Assembly (NCBI GenBank): GCA_050084515.1
Contig: CM114271.1
Coordinates: 38,750,001 to 38,814,000 of the forward strand
Reading direction: 5' to 3'
Source: Blasia pusilla
Lineage: Eukaryota
DNA length: 64,000 nucleotides
Part shown: one piece after another, positions 1-14,639 of the stretch
Layout: each line of letters starts with the position of its first letter
Numbering within the stretch: the stretch's first letter is position 1
Notes under the pieces: model-generated
What the model was told of the DNA's origin: nothing
Seen by the model: only the letters and a program-made list of their open reading frames with translations
The model's database searches: none
Translations under genes and position numbers: made by a program

Positions 1-3000
1 CCAAATGAGGATGCAAAGGAACACGGCTCTCCCACTTCCAATAACTAATCGGCAAAAGCTTGTTGTTCAATACACAAATGACCTTCCAACCTTTGAACTC
101 GCATATTTGTGGTCAATTTTATCAACTTTACATTAGACCAAAGAGATGAGCTCTTTATAGTGGCTTGCACGATTCTTGGCCGATCCCCATGATGAACAAC
201 AGGCAAAACTTGACGAAAGTCACCACCAAAAACCATGAGTTTTCCACCAAATGGTATATGTCATAGGTCATCAGAGACCGTTCCCATAATATGTTGTAAA
301 GTGAGACTCATAGCCTCGAATGCATGACGATGAGTCATATGAGCTTTGTCCTATATAATGAGCATCGCATCACGGTGCATTGTCACTATTGACTGATAAA
401 CTATAAACGACATAAGGAAGTAAATAAGAAAACTTCATATTTGGAGTTATGAAATTAAATATATTGATAGAATTGGACATAATACAAGTAATGGCACTTA
501 CTTGCAAGTAGAGCTCTCATGAAGATTGATAGGGATCTTGAAGCGTGAATGGGAAGTACACCCTCCATCTAACAATAGAGCAGCTATTCGAGATGATGCT
601 ATTGCCAAAGCGATACCGCTTACATTCCTTACACTTGCAAGAAGAAAATTTCATAAATAAGTCTTTCCCGTTCCACCTGGACCATCGATGAAATTTTTTT
701 TGGAGATGGTGGAGCATTTGCGCATATTTTATCAAACTCATAATGTATAACATCCCAAATCAGACGTTGTCCTTCATTTAGACATAATTCTCCAAGTTTT
801 ACTTGCTCAAATAATTCCTCAGTAGCATAGTTCTTATTCCTCCAAATATGAATGTGAATGTCCGCTTTGGAAATTAGCTTGGGGCATGTCAGGAAAGTCA
901 GATAGTCTCTTTCCTTGATCTTGTAAGTAATAGTGGACTTCCAACAATGCACTATTCATCAAATCATCATCAACAAGAAGATTTGGAATTCATATTTTTG
1001 GCAATTCGACAATTTCATAATACATGTTTGGTAAATCAAATGGCCAAGAAAAGATACTTCTATTAAGAAGGGAGCGAATGATTTAAGGATAGTAATTTCT
1101 TACCTCACGTCGTTCATATAAGAGATCTTCTACCAATGGATTGAAGAACTGAATCCATAATATAGCTGGTTGAGCCGGTGTGTTGTAAGCTAAAATAATT
1201 ACAAATAGTCGCCAAAGTGAAGAACTAGTAGGCATCATAGCAGCTTCTTCAAAACAAGAGAATACTTCTCTATCATCCTCCAGAAGTCCTAATTGGATTC
1301 TAGCCTCTTTGAATGTTGGACATTATACTCCGTGAAAAGTTCTCAAGCATTCGTATGTAGTTGCTCCTTGGACATTATGGAGGTAATATCAACCAATGAC
1401 GTTCTCCTTCACCTATAGATGAGTGAAATAAATTAGCTCAACCCTTTCCATGATAATTCACTCATTTAGATGGTAGAATAGTGAAATCCAATATCCAAAC
1501 AAATATTTAATGAACTTTTGAGTATTCACCTCGATGAGTAAGATATAAGCGGCCAATGGGATGCCCACAACCATTTTTTTTATCCTACCAATCCATCTCT
1601 TTTTAGTCCAACGATAATATGAAGGAAAATCTATATAGAGCTATTTTGTGGCGTTTGAGTCAGATAAATTAGTTGCAAACCATTGTGTCAAATTTTTCTC
1701 TCTATTTACTTGTAACACATCTCTGGGGTCGTCAACATCATTGAAGTACACCATTTGTTGTTCCGGAAGATGAATAGCTAATCGCACAATACTTGGAAGT
1801 TCAGCATGTAGACTAAACTTGAAGAGTTGCCAACATGCCTCTGAAGAAGATATATATCTAGGAGAATAATTCCGAGTATTGAATTAAGCAGAATGAAAAA
1901 GTAGAGTGTACAAAAAAATTATACTTCAACCAAAAATCATTAGAATCATACCTCGCATCTAAATATGATGTTGTCTCATCAATGATTTCCATTGTGATGG
2001 ATGTTTCACTATCTTTTGACACCTTAAATATTATCGCATCAGAACCCTTATATACATATTTATACAAGTATTTCATGGTAGAAATACTACTTGTGATCTC
2101 CAAATTTATGTGAGAATAAAAAAGGTGCACAACATAGGATTATAGGGCACGACCCAATGATTACCCAATGAGTGCTCGTCCTTAGTTATTGCCCTTCCAT
2201 TCTCCAATCTACAAAAAAAAATAACAAATCATAAATACATTGACGTTATATGACTTATAATAATAGTAAAGAGAAGCCAAGATGAAGAACCTTACCTGCA
2301 ATAGATTGGGTAACCATCTTCCGTGTCTGTAGTGGTGGTTGCAAAAGCTTTAGGATAGCCTTTGACACACTTTTTAGTATCTTTATCCATATATGGTGTA
2401 TTTGGATTTAACAATCCACATGGCCCGTGAACCATGCAATTAGCAACAGTGGTATACAACCTTGGGTGAGTAGCTTGATCTTGAATTTCTGCTAAAATGA
2501 TATGATCATAATCAGAAGTGGTACGTGGTTTATCCTCACGACTTAAAATAAGAAGAATGTCATCCTTCAAACTTTGGTATAATTCATATCTCAACTCCTT
2601 TTGATTTAAGCAGATCCATGACAATCTTTGCATCTCTAAAGTGGCATAAAGATCAACCATATAGTCTTGCGTAAGTCGACCAAATTGCAATAAGCGATTT
2701 TCATCTTCACCTCCAATCCGCGTTTGAAGTAAAAACATGCAAACTGCAAGGCTGTAACATTCTTTGACCTTCTTTTCTCAATATTATGACCATCAAATCC
2801 TTCCTCATGGTTACAATCATCAGAAGGTTCGATGTGTCCCTCCTCTCCATGAATAGCACGGCCTAGTCATTCAGGTCTTTGAGTCCCTTCGAGTCTTCGA
2901 AATGGTATTCCCGGATGCCAACCTACTTCACCATAGACAAATAATAGAACAAAGTGTAATGGAATATATGCTTCATTAAGGTCAAATATGCGACTTACCT

Positions 3001-4900
3001 CCTCAGTGTAGTCATACAATTATATCACGATGGTCAACATGTTCACTCTTAATATGCGGATCATTCTCAAGGCAAGTAAGAAAGGTCTTGATGCAAAGCG
3101 TTACAATTTACCAACTACTTCGGAGGTTGCGGCTATTTTACCAGATGATGGATCACTTGCTTCATATGCCATATGACGAATGATCTTCACAAATGGATTG
3201 GAGTCATGCAACATATCTTGTAGATCTTTTAGGATGTCTATGTTAAGATCAACGGATCTAGACATAACTCTTCCACGATTCTCTAATTCATTTGCAGTAT
3301 CATGACTATACAGTTGAGAAAATTGGAGATGCCCCCAATATCATGGTGTAAGGGTCCAATAGATTGATAGATTCCTCCTTGGATCCTAAAGTGTCCAATG
3401 CCACCAATTTCTTGATTTACGTACACACTAGTAGATGCAAGTTGAAGCACTGAATTGTAAGGGCGAGCATGTGAAAGGAAATGAAGACTTCTAGGACCAA
3501 CGCCCAAAATCAAAGATTTCAAAAATGGAGGAGAAGATTTCAAGAGGAGCAAATGTATTCTCCCATGGCCACAACATATGCCATATGATGACTCACTAAA
3601 CTTCATACCTCTAACAATTTCACATTTCCAGTGCAAGGCAGAACATGATGGGCATATTTATGTCATAGAACCTGACGTATGAAGACTGCTAGTATAACTC
3701 AAACCCCTTTGTAATCGCAACTTCCTAAGATCACTCTCTTACAAATTTGGACTCCTTGCAAGATTATGTAAGGTATTACATCTTACTACCCTATCAACAG
3801 TAGACACTTGACGAATTGTAGAAGCATTTGGTATAGTGGCACTCTGTAGGTAACATAACTCCATTACAGATGGAAGAAACATGATCTACTCTTGATATGT
3901 CTTCATTCCCATGATGGGTAAGAGTCAAAGAATTGTCAACAACTTCTTGTACACCTTTGAATAGTTCATCTGGAATAGGGAGAGCACTAGGTAACTCAAC
4001 TCTTGGTGGTACATAAGCAGTTGGGCTGATCGTAGAAGCATTTTCAATAACTTCATGGAGTGCACGGTGAGGTAACTCAAGTATTGGTCTTGGCAACATG
4101 TAAATGTTTTTTGTGGATCCAAAATGAACTTCTTGATTTTCTGCTACTAAGACTCTATTTGCATTGGAAGGCCTAAAAAAAAAAACATATCAATAGGCTA
4201 TAAATGACCAATGAACAATTTTGATAGGATATAAGAAGTAAGATACATACCGTATGATTTGACTTCCGGTAGTCAAAATCTCCATATTTGGAGTAGTTGA
4301 AAGAGTGTCAAGTACCAAAAGAGGCTCAATTTGAGCATGAAACACCTTCCTTCTTTTCCTATACTCACAATAGTAGATCCTCTTTTTTTTTTCTTTGAGA
4401 ACTTCCATTCTTTGTGCGCAAATGGCACGTTTTCATTTTTGGGCTTCACCACCTAGAACCTTTTGAAAATCACGTATATCAATAGGATTCAATGGAATGG
4501 GAAGTCTGGAATAACACAACAATGTAAGAAACAAAGAAAGTAATATTAGAAGGTGTGACAATGGAGGATTTAGAGAATAAAGTTAGAAGTTGTGACAATG
4601 CTAAATGATCATTGTCAACTTACGTTGGAGATGTTTCAAGCGGAAGTTCAACTTCCATGTTTTTTGTTTGTGCTAAAATCTCCTTACGACGGGCACGCCT
4701 TTTTTGTTGTGCATTCACACGCATCAATTTTCGGAAGTCACACAAATCCTTAGAACTTGATGGAATAGGAAGTCTGTCCAAAAATAAGGTTAGAACACAC
4801 CATCCCTGTGATTAGGTTATCCGAAAAAAGTATCATAGAAGGCGTCATTGTGGCTTACATTGGAGAAAGGTTCTTTTGTATGTCGATATATCTTCTTGGA
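1..4900 (-). mobile_element. Degenerate Helitron Rep/PIF1-helicase element, truncated at window start
   Basis: Fragments in the expected order: CCGHGRI/YNSVLQLAS/FRIQGGIY (3283-3636); GRLTQDYMVDLY..NQKELR and MVHGPCG..CVKGYPK (2292-2738); HINLE..KYLYKYVYKG (1858-2130); Walker A FIDGPGGTGKT (~661-695); GGDFRQVLPVV..LTTNMRV (45-236). Many stops and frameshifts; 5' end not located. Confidence 0.9.
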
Positions 4901-6429
4901 TTATATTGCAAAATCGATGTATTTGTGATATCACCGAGCGGCAATCTTTCCACATCCATTAATGATCCACTTACACTCGCCATTTTCATAACACATCACA
5001 AAAAAATTGTATAATTAAACATGGTAATTGCAAAGCAAGAAATTAAAAGAAGAAGGGAAAAAAATTAAAAGCAAAGTAAAAGGGAAAAAAGAAGAAGGAA
5101 TTGGAATTGATGAAAAAAATATAAAAAATTACTGAGAAAAAAATTATAGGTTAGGGTCGGGGACAAGTTCTATCAAATGTGGAATTTTTCAACTTTAAAA
5201 AAATAATAAATTGAAAAGAAATTAAATAGTAGGTGGAGGGGGGTTTTATTTTTATTTTTTCAAATAAAATTCCAGGTTCAGGTAGGGATAGGTTTGGAAT
5301 CTTCTCCAAACACACCCTCGCTCTATCTCTTGGCCGTGAAAATGTTCACAGAGTGGAGTTCTCCTCTTGAGCGACAGAGAGGAGCTTCGAGAGCTGAACC
5401 TCGGGAGCTGAGCTTGGGGAGCTGATCCATAGGAGTTGAACGTCGAGAGCTAAACCGGAGACAATTTGGAACCTCACCAATCCAACTACAACTTGGAGGC
5501 CTTTAGATCCCGGAGTGCAACAATCTGCTGCTTAGAATGCCGACTGCAACGGTGACTTTAGATCTCTGAAAAACTTGCATGCACATAGCAAGATGTAGAA
5601 TGAGTTAGACTAAATCCTGATGGCACCTAGGACATGAAGCTTAATTGAAAGAGCAAAGTTGGATCTCACCTAGACTACTGTTGTTAGTGATCCGATGCAG
5701 ATCTTTGCACACAAAGTTCAGAGACGTGTTAATGTCTGCACTGTCGAATCAAGCTAGGCATTAACTCTGAATGGTGGAATGGTTGTATGCACTGAGCTCT
5801 AAGCTCTATCTGATCAGAGTTTTTTAAATTGGAAAATATTTAAATGCAATGGCGGGGAGGCTCAAGACAACCTTTCGGGGATCCTTCGAGGGATCAGATG
5901 CTTCTTCACGATCGTAATAGCTTCAAGTACAGAATTCAAAATATACGGCTCCCAAAAAAACCGTTATAATCAAACGATCGTATTGAAATCCTTAAATATC
6001 CCCAAGGAAACCAAAAGGCGGAGACTGTAATTCCCAAACGCGTGAACATCCACGAGTGGATGAGAGGGACATGTATCACACTTTGGAGTGTTTGCGAAAT
6101 GAGGAGGCACTCTCCCTTCATAGTAAAGATGAGTGTCGGAGCAATGATATACGAATTTGGATTTTATTTGTGATACCACTCAAGATATTATTTGATATCA
6201 TGGTGTTTATTGTTGTTCACTTCGCACCTATTGAGAGGAGGATGAAGCCATGAGGGACACTTAGACATAAAAATAAGCACATTGGCTGGATTTGAATACA
6301 CCACCTGCTATTCTGCGAGGTAAGGAGTTTCCTATTGTGCTACAATATCTTACACACCAATAAGGGAAATGTAAAATATTTAAACTTATTATCTAGGTTG
6401 ATTTCAAAGAGGGATCAAGGTTAAGTCAC

Positions 6430-7348
<919 letters not shown>

Positions 7349-7664
7349 TGTCGTGCGCATACACATTGCTACACAACATACATCGTTGTCACCAAACACA
7401 CACACAAACACGCACAATCCCCTGCTAACTCATGGCATCCAAACAACGAGACAAGAAGTACCAAAATATCTTCAATCGCCCCTCTAGCTGGTGGTTAGGT
7501 CCCTCTAACTCCAGATAGCCATCTATCCCTACCTACCATCACATACATCTCTTGGACGCTAAGAGCAAGAAGGTCGGGTGCTCATGTGGCCCCATCCTTA
7601 GTCGCCTTCTTGTCATCCATATCACAGACACAAGTCGGAATGTATAACTACCTACTCTATGTAC

Positions 7665-9288
7665 ATCTGAGACACATCCATCATCCCTAAGGAACCCTAG
7701 TGAGAGGTGGTGTCAAACATGCCATATGCCATCCTCTCAAACACCCATCACATACTAGCATAGTGGCTGCACCATGGGCGGAACCACACAATATACACCG
7801 CAAGCTTGCAAAAACTATTGCTAAGCTTGGATCAACTCTATCGTCAATGCTTGGAAGATGACATGGCGCACAGTTACGCACATGGTCCTTCCAAACCATA
7901 CCATCGCGTCCCTCCAATAAGAGAACACTGGATGGCAAAAACTCACTCGCTCTCAAGATGGTGTGCCTTGCAGTCACATCCAACGTCGTAGGTGCCGTTT
8001 GCTACAAGTAAACATAATCTCCCAAATTAAACCTCTGGATAGTAGGTCGATAACCACCTCCCCGAATAGTCGCATACCTCAACGTATCCTGATGTTGCGC
8101 AATTGCCAAGTTCTCAAACGCCATGGGCATTACTATCCGAAATAACTCATCCCTCTGAGAAGATGCTCGCATCCATACATCAAGGTCATCAAGGTTCAAC
8201 ACCCCACCAGTATCTCGACGTATGGCCACAGGTAAATCTCGCTCTCGGCCATAAAGCAACAAGTACGGTGAGAAAGACGCTAAGGATGCCTGCCTGCTGA
8301 ATTTGTATCCCATCGCCAACCACGGAAACTGAAGGTCCCAATCTCCTAGGTGACCTCTCTGCAAGCCATACTTGCGTACTGCTCTCTTCATCGTGTGCAC
8401 AACCCGCTTTGCTAGTCCATCCACCTTAGGATGATCTCGCGTAGTAGTGCGGTGGTTGATCAGTGCTTGATCACACAAGGCCTGAAACTCCCCGTGGAAC
8501 TCTGTACCCTGGTCTACCAATACCTCAGTTGGTGCGCCGTAATGACTCAGGACTTTGTCAAGGAAGGCATAGGCTACTCCCTCACTCGCTTTGTCAGGCA
8601 ATGCAATCAACTCTATCCACTTCGAGAAGTGCTTGAAAAATCACCAACACATAACGACTATGGCGCTCCGTCAAAGGCAAAGGTCCGGCAAAATCCAAAC
8701 TCCATCTATAACCTAAACCCATGATCGGAAGTGGATGCAAGTATGGACTTAGAGCATTGAACAATGCTCGGACTTGATCATAACCCATGCCCGAGTCAGC
8801 GAGATACGACTGGAGCTCGTTGGCATGGTGAGAGTGATGAGGAGTTGGTGTCAGGATGGCATGGGTCAACCTATTTGGGCTTGTTGGCTATGGAGAGCCT
8901 GATTATTGAGACTTCGATGGCGAGGTCTGATGGAGAGTCCTTAGATCCAGAGGCCGGTGAGGAGATGACAGGTGGCCGAGATATTCACAACGATGGAGTG
9001 GTCTTGGAGTTCCTGCGTACTGGCAGCGTCGTCACACAGTGGGTGCTAGAGAGCGGGATCGGATCCTACAGCAAGCCAGACGATTCCCGTGGGAGGGCAC
9101 ACATGTGTTGCGAGTGTGAGAGGATGGTAGAGTGCGTGTAGTGCCTCATCCTTCGCAGAGAGCACGTTTGGTGCATCATGCCCACGAGGAGTTGGGTCAT
9201 TTTGGAGTGAAGCGGACGTACAGTTTGCTCCAGATTCAATATTGGTGGCGAGGCATACAGACTGACGTTCAACAATTTTTTGCCAGAT
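7665..9288 (-). pseudogene. Integrase plus C-terminal PHD finger of copy A (N-terminal part inverted)
   Basis: WSLDFAGPLP, VLVDQGTEF, HPKVDGLAKR, FSPYLLLYG; PHD CILC..MLVCDGC..WHMAC..WMCLRC. ~8781-9288 lies on the + strand. Confidence 0.9.
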
Positions 9289-9289
9289 G

Positions 9290-10565
9290 AAGTCATACTC
9301 CAGCAACAAAAGAGCCCACCTTGCAAGCTTCCATGTAAGCTTGTTGGACTCCATCAACCACTTAAGTGGTGTATGATCAATAATGATGGTAAAAGGATTG
9401 CCAAATAGATAACGTCTGAAACGTACGACAGCCCATACTATAGCCAAGCAGTCACCCTCATACGAGCTTTACTTCACCTCTACAGCGTTGTTCGAGCGAC
9501 CAGCATAAGGCACCATGAACTCTCTACCATCATTGTCATGCTGGGTGAGCATGGCTCCAAGCCCCAACATGGTCCAATCGGTATGCAATTGGAAAGGACG
9601 CCCCCTGATCGGTCTCCTCCATATGGTGCGGATGTCAATCTGTCCTTGAGCATCTGAAATGCTCTCTGTTGTTCATCCTCCCAATGCCACTCCTAATCCA
9701 CCTTGGTCATCAATTTTAGTGGATTCGCAATTGAACTGAAACCCTTGACGTACCGTCGATAGAAGTTCGCCAATCCCATGAATGCACGAACTCGACTCAC
9801 ATCTGTAGGGCGTGGAATGCGTGAAATAGCCTCTACCTTCGTCTATTGCACACTAAGGCCCCATAGATATATCATATAATCCAAGTACTCAATCTGGTCA
9901 TAGAAGAACTTGCACTTGCCTGGATGTAGCTTCAGCCTATGTACATGCAATCGTTGAAACACCTCCTCTAGATGTCACTCATGCTCCTCAACCGTGGCGT
10001 CAAAGACTACGATATCATCAATATAACATCTAGCAAAATCCACACCTACCAAGATCCTATCCATGACCCTCTGAAACTCAACCGAGGCGTTCTTTAACCC
10101 AAATGGTAAGAACCGCCACTGGTACAAACAATCCTTCCCGTGAGGATCGATGCCCCAAAATTCCGTCTTCTGCATGTCCTCCAATCTAATAGGCAACTGA
10201 TGGTATCTGGCTCGCAAATCCATTGAACTGAAGATCTTTGCATGCCCAATCGCATCAAAGATCTTCTCAGGGGTGGGCATAGCATACCTATCGGACTTTG
10301 TCTGCCGATTGATAGGTCGGTAATCTCCACACATCCTCCTATCCGTCTAGTTGCTATGCACATCCTTCTTGGCTGGCATGATAGTGGGACATGCATATTC
10401 TCCATGCAACATCTCCACTAGTCTTGCTCTAACCAAGTCCTGGCTCCTACTGTGAATCAAACCCCTCTCCATGTCACTATACCTGTAGGTTCGTCGGAAG
10501 ATTGACGTGTCACTCGAAAACTCAATGCGGATCCATGGACCATTTAGCGTACCCAAATTATACAT
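9290..10565 (-). pseudogene. Reverse transcriptase and RNase H of copy A
   Basis: RMCGDYRPIN, MDLRARYHQL, LPFGLKNA, YIDDIVVF; RNase H FQLHTDW..., LARWALLLLEYDF. Confidence 0.95.
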
Positions 10566-10989
10566 ACTAAATGCAAAATAACTCCTTTAACTCCTAAGGA
10601 ACTGGTGTATCCGACGCCGCTCTCCTGCTGTCAACTTATGCCCATATCTGGCTTCCAAGTCTCCATTGTGACTACGGTAGGACTCTCCGGCGTGGATGTT
10701 GGTGGTTGCTATGGTGCAACCCCGTTTCGCACAATAGAACTCTCATCTCCACGTGAAGTACCCGGAACCACGCTCCATGATGTGGCTATCATCTCCCGGC
10801 ATACCTGCAAAACATCCCAAGAAGTCCAAGGGTGTCCCTCCTGATCACCCCTGGTATGTCGATGTCCTCGGGTCTCGCCCCTAGCCACTGCCTCAACCGT
10901 CTCGGTAGGCATGGGGCTCACCAACGCAACTTTTTTGATCTATCACATCCTCAAACGACGTTGCTTACCTACTCCTAAGCTGAAAATCC

Positions 10990-11935
10990 ATGTCAAGCAA
11001 TTCAGGTCCATCGCTTGATCCAAGACATGACGTACTGATGCCTCCGTTAGTGATGGCACTGCCGTCACTCATGTGGGGAATCCCATCGCTCACTCTCACT
11101 CATCGGCGTTGGGCTCCACCAACCTCTATTCTTGGTACTCCCAAACCAAGTTAGGTCTGGCCTCCTTGAATGCATAAGAAGCGGGAAAACTCACCAATGT
11201 GGGAAAAGCTGCCCGTGGCCTGCCAACCTTGTTGACCACAGTCAACGGCGGTCGATCATCTAGCCTCATTGCCTGTGATTGACGGCCCAGATCCAATATA
11301 GAATCCACCAATAAATCGGAGGGACGCTCCACTCTCACATAAGCCCTCCGCAACACATCATGTGGCACCAAGTTGGTCCACATCTTTCTCCAACATACAC
11401 CCTCGAATCGCCCAAAGGTTCTAGAGCACATCGATGTGCACCAAGTTGGCGTGCATCTTTGGTAGACCAACTTGGTGCCTCATTCTCCAACATACACCCT
11501 CAAATCGCCCAAAATTGGCGATTCGAGGTGTATGTTGGAGAATGAGGCTGATGCTCTTGTAAATGTCGCAAGATCCGCATTATCTCCCAAAACAACCTGG
11601 ATCGAGTGTCAACTAATCCGCTACCTTGTCCAGCACTCGATTTTCCCTGACACGGCCAACCAGAAATGACCAAGTCTATGGTCCTTACCCGCTCCAAGTC
11701 ATGCGCCCCCAACAATAAAATGTCCCTCAGTAGGGAACTCTAGTAACCTTGAATGGCGGACGCAGACAACAAGTCGGGAAAACAGAGGCGTAACAATGCC
11801 ACATGGTGAAGTGAAGCGTGCCTTGCAACATCATCAATCTCTAGATATAGGTACTGTTGTACGCGCATTCCAGCATGCAAAACAGCAGCTAACCCAGTGC
11901 TCATCCCTCCAAAGAGATCCAACATCCGAATACCC
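10990..11935 (-). pseudogene. C5-cytosine DNA methyltransferase domain (DNMT3-like) in copy A pol
   Basis: Motif I MLDLFGGMSTG; motif II YLEID; motif IV DLVISGWPCQ; SRLFWEIMRIL; WTNL; motif IX ERAMGFP; motif X RHVLDQAMDLN. Motif VI is disrupted by a hairpin rearrangement. Confidence 0.9.
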
Positions 11936-12489
11936 TCCTTTGGGATGCACCACACAATCGGGGTGGTGTCCAAAGGGGTCATAGCATCACTCTTGCCTAC
12001 CTGGGGTTGCTCCAACCTGTCACATTCTAGTGCAAATGTCTTACTCCACACGGTCTTCATATGCTCAGTGGCTAAGCATCGAAGCTCCTTAGTCGAGCCC
12101 CAAAGCGGCACATGTCCTTCACGGACTGATGCGACTACCATGACATTCCTCTCCATAGAAATGTCAAGAACGGGAGTATCCTTTGCATGGAAATGTCCCT
12201 CTATCAAATCACTAGGCCAAGTGATGGCATTGCTCAATGCTGCTAAGATCACGATCTCTCCTGGCCGTTGCTCGATCACTGCACCTGTGAATCGAACGAG
12301 TAATGAGCTAAGGCGCCCATCACCTGACTGCCATCCTGGTCTGTAGGACGCTGACTCTTCCCAGTAATTCAGGGAAAACCCCATTCGCGTATGACATTGC
12401 TCCACCAACCAAGACATTATAGGACTCTGCATTAGTCACTATCGCCTTGGCTCACACCACGGACTCATCTGTAGGATGTCCGAGCGAAT

Positions 12490-12720
12490 CCTCACCACAA
12501 CCTCCTATCGGGTGATATACTGTGTGGTACTCGCTCTACCCAAGATGTTTGTATCTGGAATGGATAATGCTCGACATCAACTCTTGTCAAGCCTAATCCT
12601 TTGAATGACGCTTTCCCCAACATCAAGGGTTGCGCTCCTGAATCCAACAAGACGCAATGCGGACTAAAAGCTCTACCTCCAAGACTCACCAACTAGAAGA
12701 CCTCTCCTAAGTTATCCAGC
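12490..12720 (-). pseudogene. Retropepsin-type aspartic protease of copy A
   Basis: HCVLLDSGAQPLMLG active-site motif. Confidence 0.85.
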
Positions 12721-13262
12721 AACACAACACCAGGAGAAGCCATGGCACGCTCTATCGCAGGTCTAGTGGGCATCTCCGCCATCCTAGTAGTCGCAGCCTG
12801 CCATGAATCTGACGTGGACGGCCCGAGCATCCGCTCCAAGGGCAGGTCCATCACCTCCTCTACAATCACCTCTAAACGTGATGAAGGAACTCCAACTCCA
12901 CGCTCACATAATGTAGCTCAGCGGGCGTACCTCCCAACGTCATAACATCGGAAGTAGAGAATAAAGGAGCGTGGTAGAAAATGGTGGCCGCCCCCAAAAA
13001 CGTGCTCGACACATACCCCTCCTGAGCATCAGCAATAGGAGTCGTCGCACTCGCTTCTCCCATTACCCTCCGTGCCTACACACCAACAACATCACCAACC
13101 CTCCAGGAACTCTGATCAGAACCCATCGATGGGGTCCTCATCGCCTCGGAGAACGTGAAAGACTGAGGAAGCCTAGTCTGTTTCCTTGCTTCCCCTCGCT
13201 GTGGATCCAACTTTGCGGCTGCTCCATGTCGTACGCCTACTCTCCTTGAACATTAATCTTGT

Positions 13263-14269
13263 TGTTGCGGAAGGGTGCGTTCAGTAGGTCACGCTCTCAA
13301 CGCTGATCTACATCCAAACACACATTATGTTTAGTCGAATCTTGGATCAATCAGCGGGCTAACTTTCTGAGTTCTTGTCTCAGTCTCTCATCAAGCTCAA
13401 CCTCCCTTGTTTCTCGGTATACAACACGGGCAAGTCTCGAAAGACTCGGGACAGACTTTCTGGTCGGTTCAGGAACCTCAAACGGCATTTTGCACCTGGG
13501 GGTTCCAACTGTCCAATGGACATCCAATGAGTCTCTAACCGACACACGCACAAAGTGAATCTTGGGTCAGAATCCAAGCGTGGCGTACAAAGCCCACTCC
13601 CTTGGATCAGGTTTGGGTTTCGAGTTCCAACGCCAGACTCCCATTCCATCCCTAGCCTCTAAGACGCCGTTTGGTGCTCAAAGTGGGGATTTGTGTTCCA
13701 AGACATCTTGGAGAGACTCCTCCCTTACTTGTACTTCTAGGAATCTCCGCGGTTCCCTACATTTAGGGAAAGACACCCGGGCCTCTCCAATTGGCCCTCA
13801 ACCCGATTGCTCTCCCAATCCTTTTCGGCCAATATCTCCGTTTATACTTATGCGTTTTCTAAGATCTTTGGTGCGTTGGAAGCGTCTCAAGATAAGATTT
13901 CCAACACATCCTTATTTGTTGCAAATTCATCTTGGAGCTAAACCTTATGGTCCAAAACACAGTAAAATTCCCCAAGCGCTAGTAATGTTCCAAAACTGGT
14001 TCTCACCTCTTTGGCAACCAACCTTGCAATACTCGACTCATCTCAAGTCTTGGCTCGCATTTGGTCAAGGTTTCTTGGTTGCAACCACTAACGCATAAAA
14101 CCCACAACTCTATTCCGCCTTTTGTCTCTTGGACTTTTCCAAGAGACCTTTCCAAACGCCTCTCCAAAGCGCGAACATCGCAATGTGAGTCCACTTGAGT
14201 TCTGATGTTCCGCTTGGCACCTATTTGGTGTTGTTTGCTTATGAGGGTCACGATACTCCACCCGTCACA
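13263..14269 (-). repeat. LTR-like segment Y (~1 kb, TGTGAC...CAACA) inside copy A
   Basis: TG...CA ends; absent at this position in copy B; homologous to ~18800-19414. No TSD seen. Confidence 0.55.
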
Positions 14270-14639
14270 ACTGCAGTAGCCTCCATCTAGGCAACCACGC
14301 ATATCCAACCAGGATCCTCCATATCTCTGGCTGCTCCATATAATGTCGATGCCACGGATGCGGCATCGGGTAATCTCAATGCCATAGTGGCAATGTGCTC
14401 ATGTAGCTGATGTATCTGAGCAGCCATCCTAGCCTCACGCCTTGGCGTCTCCCTCGACGCGTCGATGTGGTGGGACTCTACCTCCTCCACATGCAGCTCC
14501 ACCACCATTTCGGGAAACTCTAGCTCCTCGTCCCCCAACGAGACCACTTGGTGCACGATCTCTAGGCCTACCCGGACCCGCTACTTGCTCTGGTGCCCTC
14601 TCTGGCCCTCGGTCCGAACATAACTTAGCATGTAAACTG

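Noticed and set aside
10990-11935. Bacterial restriction-modification contamination or a host DNMT gene
   Set aside because: Intronless, in the pol frame, same position in several element copies and decayed like its flanks.
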